DNA of 48,276 nucleotides from Pseudomonadota bacterium. GTDB taxonomy: Bacteria > Pseudomonadota > Alphaproteobacteria > Sphingomonadales > Sphingomonadaceae. The position numbers and the translations under genes are program-made. This document shows positions 31,640 to 42,084 of this stretch, one piece after another. The notes beneath the pieces are model-generated. The model was given only the letters and a program-made list of their open reading frames with translations, had not been told where the DNA came from and did not search any database. The number at the start of each line of letters is the position of its first letter. The first letter of the stretch is position 1. The stretch spans positions 1-48,276 of the forward strand of contig JAZKFK010000004.1 of the NCBI GenBank assembly GCA_040386475.1. Reading direction: 5' to 3'.

Positions 31640-32379
31640 CCGGGGCTATGATCGAGACCAAGACCGGCTTTGTCTCGTTCGTGTCTGCCGGGCCGGGCGA
31701 CCCGGACCTGCTGACGATCAAGGCGGCGCGGCTGTTGGCGCAGGCGGACGTGGTTTTGTTTGATGATCTGGCTTCGGGGCCGGTGCTGTCGCATGTCGGC
31801 CCGCAGACGGAACTGGTGGCCGTGGGCAAGCGCGCCGGGCGTGCGTCGCCAAAGCAGCACCACGTCAGCCGGTTGCTGGTCGATCACGCCCTGACCGGTG
31901 CGCGGGTGGTCCGACTGAAATCGGGCGATGCCGGGGTTTTCGGGCGGCTCGAGGAAGAAATCACCGCGCTGACCGCCGCTGGCATCGCCTTCGAAATCGT
32001 GCCGGGTGTGCCGTCGGCGTGCGCAGCGGCGGCAGCGGCGGGTATCCCGTTGACCCGGCGACTGACGGCGCGGCGGGTGCAGTTCATCACCGGGGCTGAT
32101 GTGACGGGCGATCTTCCGCAGGCGATGAACTGGGCGGCGCTGGCGGATGCGACGGCGACCACGGTGGTGTTCATGGGCAAGCGCACCTTTCCGGCGCTGG
32201 CGGCTGCGTTGATGGACCATGGCCTTTCCCCCGACACCCCGGCCCTGCTGGCCCAGTCGGTGGGCCATGCCGACCAGACGCTGACCCGGTCCACCATCGC
32301 GGGCCTCGCCACGCAGCTGGCACTGGATACCGGCGGTCAACCGGGGCTGATCCTTTATGGTCCGTTGGCAGAACCATGA
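31636..32379 (+). CDS. cobA: Uroporphyrinogen-III C-methyltransferase CobA
   Basis: Motifs AGPGDPDLLT, VGKR, VRLKSGD, FGRLEEE, PLTRR. Confidence 0.93.
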   Translation: MTGAMIETKTGFVSFVSAGPGDPDLLTIKAARLLAQADVVLFDDLASGPVLSHVGPQTELVAVGKRAGRASPKQHHVSRLLVDHALTGARVVRLKSGDAGVFGRLEEEITALTAAGIAFEIVPGVPSACAAAAAAGIPLTRRLTARRVQFITGADVTGDLPQAMNWAALADATATTVVFMGKRTFPALAAALMDHGLSPDTPALLAQSVGHADQTLTRSTIAGLATQLALDTGGQPGLILYGPLAEP

Positions 32380-33149
32380 CGCCCCCAAGCACGATTGACC
32401 TGTTCCTGATCGGCATCGGCACCGGCAACCCGGACCATGTGACGGCGCAGGCCGCATCGGCCATCGCCGCCGCTGACCTGATCCTCGTGCCGCTGAAGGG
32501 GGAGGACAAGGCAGACCTCGCCGGTTTGCGAATGACGATCTGCAAAAGCTGCATTACCAATCCAGCGACCCGGATCGAAACCTTCGATCTGCCCAGCCGC
32601 GACCCGGCAACGCCTGCGTATCTGGACCGTGTCAACGACTGGCACGACGCCATCGCCGCCATCTGGCATGACCGCATTGCCCGGCATCTGGCGGCCGGAG
32701 GCGGTCCTCGTATCGCACTGCTGGTCTGGGGGGATCCGTCGCTGTATGACAGCACACTGCGGATTGCAGCGCGCGTGGCACGGCACCAGCCGCTGCGCCT
32801 GACGGTCATCCCTGGCATTACCGCCATCCAGGCGCTGTGCGCGGCGCATGCGATCCCGCTGAACGACCTCGCCGCCCCGGTCCTGATCACCACAGCCCGC
32901 AACCTGCGCACCCTCGGCTGGCCTTCGGACGCAAAAACCCTAGTAGTGATGCTCGACAGTGGTGGCGCGTTCGATGCCATTGATCAGGCCGGCGTGATGA
33001 TCTGGTGGGGAGCCTACCTCGGTTTGCCCGAAGAAATCCTAATCGCTGGTTTGCTGCCCGACGTGTCGGCGCAGATCATCTCCGCCAGATCCGAGGCACG
33101 CGCGCAGCACGGCTGGATCATGGACATTTACCTGCTGCGGCGGTCATGA
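32376..33149 (+). CDS. cobF: Precorrin-6A synthase (deacetylating) CobF
   Basis: Motifs IGIGTGNP, WGDPSLYDST, VVMLD, WWGAYLG, HGWIMDIYLL. Confidence 0.95.
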   Translation: MTPPSTIDLFLIGIGTGNPDHVTAQAASAIAAADLILVPLKGEDKADLAGLRMTICKSCITNPATRIETFDLPSRDPATPAYLDRVNDWHDAIAAIWHDRIARHLAAGGGPRIALLVWGDPSLYDSTLRIAARVARHQPLRLTVIPGITAIQALCAAHAIPLNDLAAPVLITTARNLRTLGWPSDAKTLVVMLDSGGAFDAIDQAGVMIWWGAYLGLPEEILIAGLLPDVSAQIISARSEARAQHGWIMDIYLLRRS

Positions 33150-33156
33150 CAGCGGC

Positions 33157-34356
33157 CCGGCCCCGCGCACCAGCCTTCTCTCCGCCTTCGGCATCGAGCC
33201 GCCCGGATCGCCGGAGATCACCGAGGCGCTCTATGTCACCCGCGACGGTGCCGGGGTGAAGGCGCTGGCCCGGATCAGTTGGCAGGTCTCGCCCAGCCCC
33301 TATGTCGCGGACTATCTGGTGCAGGCGCAGTATCTGGGGGCCGCCGCGGGTGGTGCAGATGGCGGAGACCCCGACAGCGACCCCGACTGGGTGGACGTCG
33401 GGCGCTCCGAAGGCAGCAGCCTCGAGATCCGCGACATCACGCCCGGGACCTGGACGGTGCGGGTCAAGGCGCGCTCGGTGCTGGGCATCGCCTCGATCTG
33501 GCGCGCAACCACGCAGGAGATCCTCGGCCTCTCAACCCCACCCGCCGCCCTTTCCGGTCTCACCCTGCAGTCTGCGGGCGGGCTTGCCGTGCTCAAATGG
33601 GACCGGGTGACCGACATCGATGTGCGGATCGGCGGAGCAATCGTCATCCGCCACAGCAGTGCCGCACCCGCCTCCTGGGCCGCCAGCACCTCGATGGACC
33701 GGGTGGGCGGGGCGGAGGCCATCGCCGTGGTGCCGCTGAAGCCCGGCGCATATCTCCTGCGCGCTGAAGACAGCGGCGGCCGGCTTGGCCCCGTAGGAAG
33801 CGTGAGCACCGCGGCGGTGCAGGCGCTGGCCTTTGCCCCGCTCGATCTTCTGCAGGCCGACCCGGCGTTTGAGGGCAGCCACCAGAGTACCGTGGCCGCC
33901 GGCGGGGTGCTGACGCTGGGTGCGGCCCGACCCTTTGATGACTGGGCCGATCTTGATGCCATCCCGGATCTCGACTGGGAGGGCGGCGTGGCACCGGAGG
34001 GGCTGTTCACCGCCCTCAGCGGTCTCGACTTCGGCGCCCCGCGCCGGCTGCGGCTGCGCTCGGAGATCGCCCTGACCAGTCTCGGCGTTTTCGACCGTCT
34101 TGATGCCCGCAGCAACGGCATCGATGCCTGGCCGGATTTTGACGGCGCCACCGCCGGCACGGTCGATGTCGTGGTCGAGATCCGGCACAGCGATGACGAC
34201 CCGGGCGCCTCGCCGCTCTGGTCCGACTGGGCCCGGATCGATGCCAGCGAGATCGCGGCGCGGGCGGTGCAGGCCCGCGCCGTGCTGCGCTCCGCCGATC
34301 CCGGCTGGACGCCGCGGGTGACGCAATTGCGACTGCATGCAGATGAGGTGGCCTGA
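33157..34356 (+). pseudogene. C-terminal fragment of a phage tail/host-specificity (J-like, fibronectin-III) protein
   Basis: The frame reads PAPRTSLLSAFGIEPPGSPEITEALYVTRDG upstream of GTG 33256 with no RBS/start. It contains FN3-like WTVRVKARS and GLAVLKW, and ends LRLHADEVA. Homology is from recall. Confidence 0.75.
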
Positions 34357-34445
34357 TGGCACAGACGACAAGCTTTGCGATTGCCAATGACAGCGGCATC
34401 GCGGTGCGGCTGCGGATCAACGAGGTGGTCGCCGCCCTCCTCTAG
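34356..34445 (+). pseudogene. N-terminal 29 codons of a phage tail-fibre-like gene
   Basis: TGATG coupling and GAGG RBS; MAQTTSFAIANDSGIAVRLRINEVVAALL then stop, at an abrupt drop in GC. Confidence 0.55.
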
Positions 34446-34617
34446 GCGATGGCCCCATGAACTTCCGGTTGTAAAAGTGCGGGGACACCATATTCTAACG
34501 GGAGATGCCGCAGAGACGGAGAATGAGTAATCGGGAGCCGCGTAGAGGGTGCTTATGTTAACCAAATCGAAAAGGACAGAGAGAATACGTCTCAAGGCAT
34601 ATACATGTCATCGGTCG

Positions 34618-35205
34618 ATGGTTGATGCGCTCTGCCATCTTACGAGTTCTGCGGCGCTTGGATTAGTTCTTAGCGCCAGCTTGGGCAGCATGGCCAATGC
34701 AGATAGACTGAAAGATGATACATTTCTACTTGATTTCTATATTGGCTCACTCCGGTCCGACGCGGCACAAAGTTTGGGGCTAGGGGGCTATGAACTTGCC
34801 GATGGCACGCAGGTCAAACTTGACGAATGGTACAGCCCTCACTTTCCGGAACTCACGTTTTTAATGTTGACCCAAGTAAAACAGAATTTTGGGATCATGT
34901 GGGGCTTTAGCACAGGTGAAAAAGCACCCAAATATACCCTCTCTCCCGCAGTACACATCGGGGTCCTGGTGCAACATGAACTGACTGGAGATGGAATTCT
35001 GACTTTGAGTATGAGTGGTGCCGTCGGCGGTCGGCTCAGGGAACGCCCGTGCATTGCTGACTACGGTCTGATTGGTGGTGTTCAGAAAGTTAATTGCCGG
35101 CTAGCGGCTGGTATTTTACCTCCTGAAGAAACCCTCAAGAACCTGCTAAAAATTGACGGATCTTCTCAAATTCAAGTCAGTCTACAATATGAATTCCGAT
35201 TCTAA
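34618..35205 (+). CDS. Hypothetical exported beta-strand-rich protein (start uncertain; ORF open from 34549)
   Basis: Signal-like AALGLVLSASLGSMANA; alternating hydrophobic strands; C-terminus IQVSLQYEFRF. Confidence 0.7.
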   Translation: MVDALCHLTSSAALGLVLSASLGSMANADRLKDDTFLLDFYIGSLRSDAAQSLGLGGYELADGTQVKLDEWYSPHFPELTFLMLTQVKQNFGIMWGFSTGEKAPKYTLSPAVHIGVLVQHELTGDGILTLSMSGAVGGRLRERPCIADYGLIGGVQKVNCRLAAGILPPEETLKNLLKIDGSSQIQVSLQYEFRF

Positions 35206-35206
35206 T

Positions 35207-36097
35207 TCATTTTATACTCAGCGGAGCAAGAGCACGGCTGATACTCACCTCGCCTCGACCGTGGAGAGCTTTCGAATAGCCACTTATAGTATCTGTTCGA
35301 GCGGTTATTAAAAGTTGGTTCGTGATCTGAATGGCATTGGATTTGATGAATTTGCTCCCGACGATGGCCGCGTAGCCACTTACAATCGGCGCCGCAAAGG
35401 ATGTGCCATACAGTCCCGTGCTGTCCCCTGTAACGCCGACAACAAGAAAGCGGTCTTGGACTGTCTCATTGCTCCCAGAATAATTCGAATACCATGCGAG
35501 CGAAGCCGGCTTGCTCGTCATCCCATGGTCATCAAGAGCACCCACAAAAATTGCTGCCTGCTTTCCAATGAGGTCACGGTTCAAGTAATCAACCAAGCCG
35601 TCCGCAGTTGCACTCCCCACCGCCACAGCGTCGTTTCCAGCAGCCTTCACCACAGCCGCTCTCCCGTCGGTCGCATACGCGATGATCGACGATTCGAGCT
35701 TGCTCCAAGAAATGCTCTCCTTTCCTTCTGCGGCCATCATCCCATAGCTCAGGTTCAGAACATCTCGACCCTTGCGAAGCTTGACAGCCCTATCGGCGCG
35801 AAAGTCTTGAGAAAAGATTTTCGCAGACGGAGCGACCATTGCGGCTTGAAGGCGGGTCCACTCGCCATGACGCATATACTCTTCATACGAGCGAACCTGA
35901 CCGAAAAACCGCAGTGTTCCCGCAAAATCATCAACTACCGTAATTGAAGTACCTTTTCCCTTGTACCCGAGTCTCCAGGCGTCACCGGTTTCTGCGTGCA
36001 TCCAAGTTCTTAGTTCCTGGGCGTGGCTGGCGAATGTGGTAACAATGAGCAGTCCGCCCATGATTGCAGCTGATCGCAGACATTGTGTGAGGGTCAT
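35207..36097 (-). CDS. Secreted S8 (subtilisin-like) serine peptidase
   Basis: Signal peptide, catalytic D (ITVVDD), H (RHG), oxyanion N (AAGND), S (GTSFAAP). Confidence 0.9.
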   Translation of the reverse strand: MTLTQCLRSAAIMGGLLIVTTFASHAQELRTWMHAETGDAWRLGYKGKGTSITVVDDFAGTLRFFGQVRSYEEYMRHGEWTRLQAAMVAPSAKIFSQDFRADRAVKLRKGRDVLNLSYGMMAAEGKESISWSKLESSIIAYATDGRAAVVKAAGNDAVAVGSATADGLVDYLNRDLIGKQAAIFVGALDDHGMTSKPASLAWYSNYSGSNETVQDRFLVVGVTGDSTGLYGTSFAAPIVSGYAAIVGSKFIKSNAIQITNQLLITARTDTISGYSKALHGRGEVSISRALAPLSIK

Positions 36098-36480
36098 GTG
36101 CTGTTCCCGAGTTCTGGCAGAGCGTGAGTAGCTTGATTCTAGCCCTCTTATTAGAGCCGCACTACGGCTTTTCTAGGATAGTTCAGACGAGCATCGAAGG
36201 TGCCCTCGAGCGGCCAGGCGGCAGAAAATTCAGTACGCCGCGGACGAGAACGGCTGAGCGTTCACAAGCTTGCTTGCAGCGGTGTCGGGAGCGAACATGC
36301 AGGGGTCAGAGCGTTGCCTCGGTGACATGACGACGATGCGAGCTTCGAACTTAGGCGGTTATGACCGACGCTCTGGTCAAACGAGCAGTGACCAAGTCAA
36401 GCGTCAAAGCTGAAATAGCACTGTCGGCCTTGTCTGTATTTCGGCGTCCTTCTGACCTCCACAGACCCGTTACGCGCTGC

Positions 36481-37359
36481 CTATCCGGGCCAAAGGTATG
36501 ATTTTGCGGCACGGATCATCGCCGCTGTGGCCGGTGTAAAGGGACGACCTGGGACACTCATCAAGGAAATGGTTCGACTTACTTCTGGTTCGATTAAAGG
36601 CCGTTGCAGCAACTCCGGCAGCGTGACCGAGCATTCTGGCATGAAAGCGAACCCGATCCGCGCGAGAACCATGGCCTGTACCCAATCTTCTCGTTCTGAT
36701 CGAAAACGCGCGTAAAGTGTCACGTTGTTCGCGGCACAGACCGCCATCACCATTTCCCGCATCTCGCAGGACAACCGGTCAACATAGGGTTCGTTGGACA
36801 GATCGCTAAGTCGTATAGCGTTTAAGGTTGCAAGGTGATGTTCTGGTGGAAAAATGACAACGTACCTCTCGCTGTACAGATCCTGCCGTCTGAACTCTGT
36901 TCGGTCATCGTTCATGGGATTTATGACAGCGAGATCAAGCTCGCCGCGTTCCAGTTGTCGTTTGAGCTCATCTGCACTGGCTTCTGTGACTGCGACCTCA
37001 ACGCCGTGGTTGTCGGCCTGAAACTTGGCCAAGAAGCGTGACAGGCGCATCGGTCCGACAGTGGACATCACCCCAAGCCGGATTGGCACATTCTTGAGAA
37101 GTCGAAAATCGTCGGCAATCGCCCGTGTTGCCTCGGCCTCCTTCAAGATGAGCTGCAGATGCGGCAGCAAGTTCTGGCCGAAATCACTGAGCAGAACTCC
37201 TTTGCCCTCACGATGAAACAGCTGTGCCCCCAGCTCTGCCTCCAGGGTCCGAATGGCTTTTGTGAGCGCTGGTTGGGAGACGTTGCACTGTGCCGCGGCT
37301 TTGGTGAAATTCAGCTGCCTCGCCGCGGCCAGAACGTATCTTATTTGGAACATCTCCAT
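36481..37359 (-). CDS. LysR-family transcriptional regulator
   Basis: MEMFQIRY..LNFTKAAAQCNVSQPALTKAIRTLEAELG HTH plus substrate domain. Confidence 0.95.
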   Translation of the reverse strand: MEMFQIRYVLAAARQLNFTKAAAQCNVSQPALTKAIRTLEAELGAQLFHREGKGVLLSDFGQNLLPHLQLILKEAEATRAIADDFRLLKNVPIRLGVMSTVGPMRLSRFLAKFQADNHGVEVAVTEASADELKRQLERGELDLAVINPMNDDRTEFRRQDLYSERYVVIFPPEHHLATLNAIRLSDLSNEPYVDRLSCEMREMVMAVCAANNVTLYARFRSEREDWVQAMVLARIGFAFMPECSVTLPELLQRPLIEPEVSRTISLMSVPGRPFTPATAAMIRAAKSYLWPG

Positions 37360-37385
37360 CGTCGATCCCCCTGTCACAGAGTCCT

Positions 37386-37426
37386 TCGCAGGCAGCATAC
37401 CACTGCCTGCGATAACTTTGGGCTAT
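37386..37426. promoter_or_regulatory. 10-bp inverted repeat and LysR-type T-N11-A box
   Basis: TCGCAGGCAG-N7-CTGCCTGCGA (37386-37412); ATAACTTTGGGCTAT (37412-37426). Confidence 0.45.
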
Positions 37427-37508
37427 GGATCTATCGCCACTCGGTCGTTCCCTTGGTGGCGTCAGGCGCGCAAGATAACCCATCTTCCCACACGAAAGGA
37501 CCCAGGAA

Positions 37509-37772
37509 ATGTCTGTCTTTATGGTGGAACGTGATCTCAAGGGCATCAGCATGGAGGCGTTGGGTGGAGCCCAGCGGGCAGCGATCAGCAAGGCAGAGCA
37601 GATGTCCTTAGCGGGCGTCCCGGTCCGTTACATCCGATCGACCTTCGCTCCCGAAGATGGTCGCTGCATGTGCCTGTTCGATGCAACTTCCGACGCCGAT
37701 GTAAAGCGGTTGAATGACGAGGCGGGGTTGCCCTACAGCCGGGTGGTCCCCGCCCTGGATCTGACACCGTAA
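37509..37772 (+). CDS. DUF4242 / SCO4226-like small protein
   Basis: 87 aa; FMVERDL..VRYIRSTF..CMCLFDA..V..ND.AGLP pattern. Confidence 0.8.
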   Translation: MSVFMVERDLKGISMEALGGAQRAAISKAEQMSLAGVPVRYIRSTFAPEDGRCMCLFDATSDADVKRLNDEAGLPYSRVVPALDLTP

Positions 37773-37825
37773 GCGGGCAGACGGAACAACCTTCTGAGAG
37801 AAATCAAAGACGGGAGATGTCAGCG

Positions 37826-38764
37826 ATGCGTAGCCAGCAACACATTCTGGACGCCATCGGCAACACGCCCTTGATTGAAATGCGGCGGATTGTTCCGCCT
37901 GGCAGCGCTCGGATCGTGGCCAAGCTGGAATCGGCCAATCCGACCGGAAGCATGAAGGATCGGTTGGCACGCATGATCGTGCAGCGGGCGGCCGCATCGG
38001 GCCGCCTGCAGCCTGGTGGCACCGTGGTCGAATATACTGCCGGCACCACCGGAATTTCGCTGGCTCTGGTGGCAAGCGCGCTTGGCTACAAAACCCATTT
38101 CGCGTTTTCCGATGCGTTCAGCGAGGAGAAGCGCTTTGCGATGCTGGCTTACGGTGCCACGATCACCGATGTTCCCAGCGACAACAAAAAAATCACCAAA
38201 GAGCTGATTCAGGCGATGATTGCCAAGGCAAGTCATATCAGTCAGAAGCCGGGCCATTGGTGGGCCGATCAGCTGAACAACACCGATGGAGCCGATGGAT
38301 ATGCAGGCTTGGGCGACGAGATCTGGCAGCAGACTGCAGGTCAAGTTGATGCGTTGGTCCATACGGTCAGCACCGCGCATTCGCTGCATGGGATGAGCCG
38401 GGCGCTGCGTCGGCATTATCCCGCCTTGCCAGTCTACGCGGTGGAGCCAGCCGAATCTGCGGTGCTGTCCGGCCAACCACCGGGATCGCACAAGATCGAA
38501 GGCATTGGTCTTGGGTTTCTGCCGCCACTCTGGCACCCTGAAGAGGTGACCGACATCGTGACCGTCTCGACTGAGGACGCCAAAGCGATGGCCCGCCGTC
38601 TGGCCCGCGACGAGGCGATATTTGCTGGCACATCGACGGGGGCGAATATGGTGGCGGCGCTGGGCATTGCGGCACGCCTGGGACCGGGAAAGACGGTTGC
38701 GACCCTGATCATCGATTCCGGACTGCGCTACCTCAGCACCGATGTGTTCCGCAGCCCGGCATAG
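37826..38764 (+). CDS. PLP-dependent cysteine synthase-family protein, copy 1 (atypical loops)
   Basis: Motifs IGNTPL, KLESANPTGSMKDR, VEPAES, HKIEGIG, GTSTGAN, DSGLRYLST. Alternative start at 37817. Confidence 0.9.
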   Translation: MRSQQHILDAIGNTPLIEMRRIVPPGSARIVAKLESANPTGSMKDRLARMIVQRAAASGRLQPGGTVVEYTAGTTGISLALVASALGYKTHFAFSDAFSEEKRFAMLAYGATITDVPSDNKKITKELIQAMIAKASHISQKPGHWWADQLNNTDGADGYAGLGDEIWQQTAGQVDALVHTVSTAHSLHGMSRALRRHYPALPVYAVEPAESAVLSGQPPGSHKIEGIGLGFLPPLWHPEEVTDIVTVSTEDAKAMARRLARDEAIFAGTSTGANMVAALGIAARLGPGKTVATLIIDSGLRYLSTDVFRSPA

Positions 38765-38837
38765 CCTGCGGTAAGGCCAGATTTGTGATATGTGCGTCAT
38801 GTGTGTTCTGGCCCCGATCGCGATTTTGGAGGATGGC

Positions 38838-39767
38838 ATGCAGTCCAGCGTCATTGATCTGATCGGCAATACCCCCTTGGTTCCGCTGCGTCGGCTGGTG
38901 CCACAGGGCCACGCCCGGGTGCTGATCAAACTGGAATCAGCCAATCCCACTGCTAGCATGAAAGACCGCGCGGCCCTGGCGATCGTCAGCCGCGCGGCGC
39001 AGGCGGCGCGGTTGCAGCCCGGCGATACCATTGTCGAATGCACCAGCGGCAGCACCGGAACCTCGCTGGCCAGTGTCGCGGTGGCACTGGGCTACAAATG
39101 CCTGCTGGTGTCCTCGGATGCGTTCAGCGCCGAAAAGCTGTCGCATATGCAAGCGCTTGGGGCTGACCTCGAACTCCTGCGCAGCGACAACAAGAAGATC
39201 ACCGTCGAACTGGTGACCGCCCTGATCGAGACCTCGCGACAGCTCAGCCAGCAGCCCGGTCATTTCTGGGCGGATCAGTTCAACAATGCCGACGTTCTGA
39301 CCGGCTATGCGGCGCTGGGTGATGAGATCTGGACCCAAACCGACGGGCGCATCGACGCCTTTGTGCAGGGGGTGGGGACCGGCGGCTCCCTGCGCGGCAC
39401 CGCCGAGGCGCTGCGCCTGCATGACTCCGTGATAAGGATCGTCGCGGTCGAACCTGCAGAGTCGCCTGTTCTGTCGGGCGGTGGACCGGGCGCCAACCTG
39501 ATCGAAGGCATCGGCATGGGCTATGTCGTGCCGCTTTGGAAACCCGGTCTTGCAGATGAGATCATTGCGGTGACGGCAGCCGATGCCATGGCGATGTCGC
39601 GCCGACTGGCCCGCGAAGAAGGGTTGTTCGGCGGCGCGTCATCGGGGGCGAATGTCGTCGCAGCGCTTCGGCTGGCCGAAAAGCTGGGGTCAGAGGCGAC
39701 CATCGTCACGCTGATGTGCGACAACGGCCTCAAGTATCTCAGCACCGAGGTTTATAAGACCCATTGA
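38838..39767 (+). CDS. PLP-dependent cysteine synthase-family protein, copy 2
   Basis: Motifs IGNTPL, SMKDR, TSGSTG, GVGTGGS, IEGIG, DNGLKYLST; GGAGG RBS. Confidence 0.9.
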   Translation: MQSSVIDLIGNTPLVPLRRLVPQGHARVLIKLESANPTASMKDRAALAIVSRAAQAARLQPGDTIVECTSGSTGTSLASVAVALGYKCLLVSSDAFSAEKLSHMQALGADLELLRSDNKKITVELVTALIETSRQLSQQPGHFWADQFNNADVLTGYAALGDEIWTQTDGRIDAFVQGVGTGGSLRGTAEALRLHDSVIRIVAVEPAESPVLSGGGPGANLIEGIGMGYVVPLWKPGLADEIIAVTAADAMAMSRRLAREEGLFGGASSGANVVAALRLAEKLGSEATIVTLMCDNGLKYLSTEVYKTH

Positions 39768-39816
39768 CCCACGGATGCATGGACCGGCGTTTCTGCTCAA
39801 CGACAGTCTGGAAGGT

Positions 39817-40440
39817 TCAGCAATCTTGCCATGGCGTCACCGTGTCGCTTTGCCAGCCAGCTCGGTGCAGGAGCGGGACGTCATCGGCGAAGTCGGCGTA
39901 TCCCAGACAAAGATAGCCGGTGAAAACCCAGCTCTGCGGGACATCGAACAGTGACTGGATGGCAAAGGGATCGAGGATCGACACCCAACCCAGCCCAATA
40001 TTTGCGGCCCGGGCCGCCAACCAGAGCGTATGGATTGCCATAGCCGTTGAAAATTGTAGAGTTTCCGGCATGGTCTGCCGCCCCAGTCCGCGTCCTTCGG
40101 TCGGCGCGGTCTCGGTAAACACGGCAAGCTGCAACTGGGCCTCGCGCAGGCCCGCCAGTTTCAGCCGGGCATAGTCCGCACGGGTCGCATCTTCATAGCC
40201 CGCCGCCGCTTGGCGGTTGCAGGTTTCGAAAATGCCCTGCACCTGCGCGCGCAATCCCTGGTCCCTGACGCGCAAGACCCGCCACGGACGCGAGTTGCCG
40301 ACTGAAGGCGCCCGATCCATCGCAGCCCGCAGACGGTCAATGACAGATTCAGCAATGGGATCTGCGCGGAAGTGCCGGACATCCCGCCGCCAGCGCAAAA
40401 TCTCCTCTAAGGTACCAGCTTGTTCTGGCGAAAATTCCAT
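39817..40440 (-). CDS. bluB: 5,6-dimethylbenzimidazole synthase BluB, copy 2
   Basis: Motifs WRRDVRHF, APSVGNSRPWR, LKLAGL, LGRQTMPE, LWLAARA, GWVSILDP, YLCLG. Confidence 0.93.
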   Translation of the reverse strand: MEFSPEQAGTLEEILRWRRDVRHFRADPIAESVIDRLRAAMDRAPSVGNSRPWRVLRVRDQGLRAQVQGIFETCNRQAAAGYEDATRADYARLKLAGLREAQLQLAVFTETAPTEGRGLGRQTMPETLQFSTAMAIHTLWLAARAANIGLGWVSILDPFAIQSLFDVPQSWVFTGYLCLGYADFADDVPLLHRAGWQSDTVTPWQDC

Positions 40441-40514
40441 CCTGCCTCCCTTGGAAAAACCCGACCTGACGTCTGCCCGCCGAAATCAATCTGCGAGAGC
40501 GCAGCGGCGGTTTG

Positions 40515-40976
40515 TCAGCCGCGCCCGCGATATGTCGGCACGCCCTGATCGGGGATCCACAGGTTCTGCGGGGAGGGTCCGGTCTGGTAGAACACGTCAA
40601 TCGGAATGCCGCCGCGCGGATACCAGTAGCCGCCGATGCGCAGCCATTCGGGGTCTAGCAGGTCGACCAGCCGCCTGCCGATCGAGACCGTGCAATCCTC
40701 GTGGAACGCGCCATGATTGCGGAAAGACCCGAGATACAGCTTCAGCGATTTGCTTTCTACCAACCACAGCCCAGGCACATAGTCGATCACCAGATGCGCG
40801 AAATCCGGCTGGCCGGTCATCGGGCAGAGCGAGGTGAACTCGGGCGCGGTGAAACGGACGCAATAAGTTGTGCCCGCCTGTGGGTTTGCCACCTTTTCCA
40901 GCACCGCAGCCTGGGGGCTTTGCGGCAGCGCGGTGGCACTGCCAAGCTGTTGCAGATCCTTGTAGATATCAGTCAT
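40515..40976 (-). CDS. queF: preQ0 reductase QueF (unimodular)
   Basis: Motifs [33 protein letters not shown]. Confidence 0.97.
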   Translation of the reverse strand: MTDIYKDLQQLGSATALPQSPQAAVLEKVANPQAGTTYCVRFTAPEFTSLCPMTGQPDFAHLVIDYVPGLWLVESKSLKLYLGSFRNHGAFHEDCTVSIGRRLVDLLDPEWLRIGGYWYPRGGIPIDVFYQTGPSPQNLWIPDQGVPTYRGRG

Positions 40977-40993
40977 GTCGATCTCCCTCGCGG

Positions 40994-41731
40994 TCAGACG
41001 CCGCGTTTGTTGCCCCACAGCAGAACGTGCAGTTGCGGCAGCACATGGGCGGCAAACCAGCGGTCGGCCATCACCAAGTCCACCAGCCAGCCCATGCGCT
41101 GCAAAATACCGTCGGTGTCGATAAAGGCGTCGTCATCCTGCGGCCCCGGCGGGGTGTGATTGCCCGGTTGCAGATAGACCGGCAGGCCCGGAAACCGCGT
41201 GGCCGCATCACGGGCATAGGCATAATCTTCTGCATCGAACACCACGAATTTCAGCACGATTTGCGGCCCTGCGACGGCGGACTCCACACAGGCCCGCAGT
41301 GCCGCCCAGTCGGTCGTCATTGCACTGGAGGGTGGTTTGGGGCTCAGCACCAAGACATCCAGATCGGCAAACCAATCGCGGCTGACCGAGCCCTGGGTTT
41401 CCAGGGCAAAGCGGTAGCCCTCTGCCTGCCCCTGCCGGATCAGCGGCCCCAAGGGCTGAATTGCCGGATTTCCCCCCGACAACGACACCATCAAGGGCTG
41501 GCCCCCCGACAGCGTGCGAACCTCATCAAGCACATCGTCAGTGCTCATCGCGCGCCAGTCGGCGCGAAAGCGGCTGTCCACGGCGTGCAGGCTGTCGCAC
41601 CATGCACAGCGATAATCACAGCCGCCGGTGCGCACGAAGACAGTGGGTTGGCCGATCAACGCTCCCTCGCCCTGAATGGTCGGCCCGAAGATTTCAGAGA
41701 TGCGGATTTCGTCTGCGACAGCATGAGTCAT
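40994..41731 (-). CDS. queE: 7-carboxy-7-deazaguanine synthase QueE (radical SAM)
   Basis: Motifs [39 protein letters not shown]. Confidence 0.96.
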   Translation of the reverse strand: MTHAVADEIRISEIFGPTIQGEGALIGQPTVFVRTGGCDYRCAWCDSLHAVDSRFRADWRAMSTDDVLDEVRTLSGGQPLMVSLSGGNPAIQPLGPLIRQGQAEGYRFALETQGSVSRDWFADLDVLVLSPKPPSSAMTTDWAALRACVESAVAGPQIVLKFVVFDAEDYAYARDAATRFPGLPVYLQPGNHTPPGPQDDDAFIDTDGILQRMGWLVDLVMADRWFAAHVLPQLHVLLWGNKRGV

Positions 41732-42084
41732 GGCCGGTATTCCGCCCAGGTCTTCGGCGTCTCGCTGACTCGCACCGCCACGGTTTCCGGCAGACGCGAC
41801 TTGCACCAGTCATAAAAATGCTGCGCCAGAACTTCTGATGTCACCCCATCATGGCCAAGCACCTCGTTCAGGTGGCGATGATCAAAATGTTCGTCGATAT
41901 AGCGCTTGAGCGGGGCAAGATCGTGGTAATCGCGCACGAAACCAAAGCCGTTCAGCTTGGCCGCCGCCAACTCCACTACCACGATGTAATTGTGGCCGTG
42001 CAGCCGAGCACATTGATGATCCACCGGCAACTGGCAGAGCTGATGCGAGGCGGAAAAGTGGAATTCCTTGGTGATGCGGAACAT
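41728..42084 (-). CDS. queD: 6-carboxytetrahydropterin synthase QueD
   Basis: Motifs [24 protein letters not shown]. Confidence 0.96.
   Translation of the reverse strand: MFRITKEFHFSASHQLCQLPVDHQCARLHGHNYIVVVELAAAKLNGFGFVRDYHDLAPLKRYIDEHFDHRHLNEVLGHDGVTSEVLAQHFYDWCKSRLPETVAVRVSETPKTWAEYRP

Noticed and set aside
33256-34356. Intact stand-alone 366-aa gene
   Set aside because: The tail-protein-like frame extends upstream of the GTG without an RBS, so it is better explained as a 5'-truncated fragment. Residual expression is not excluded.
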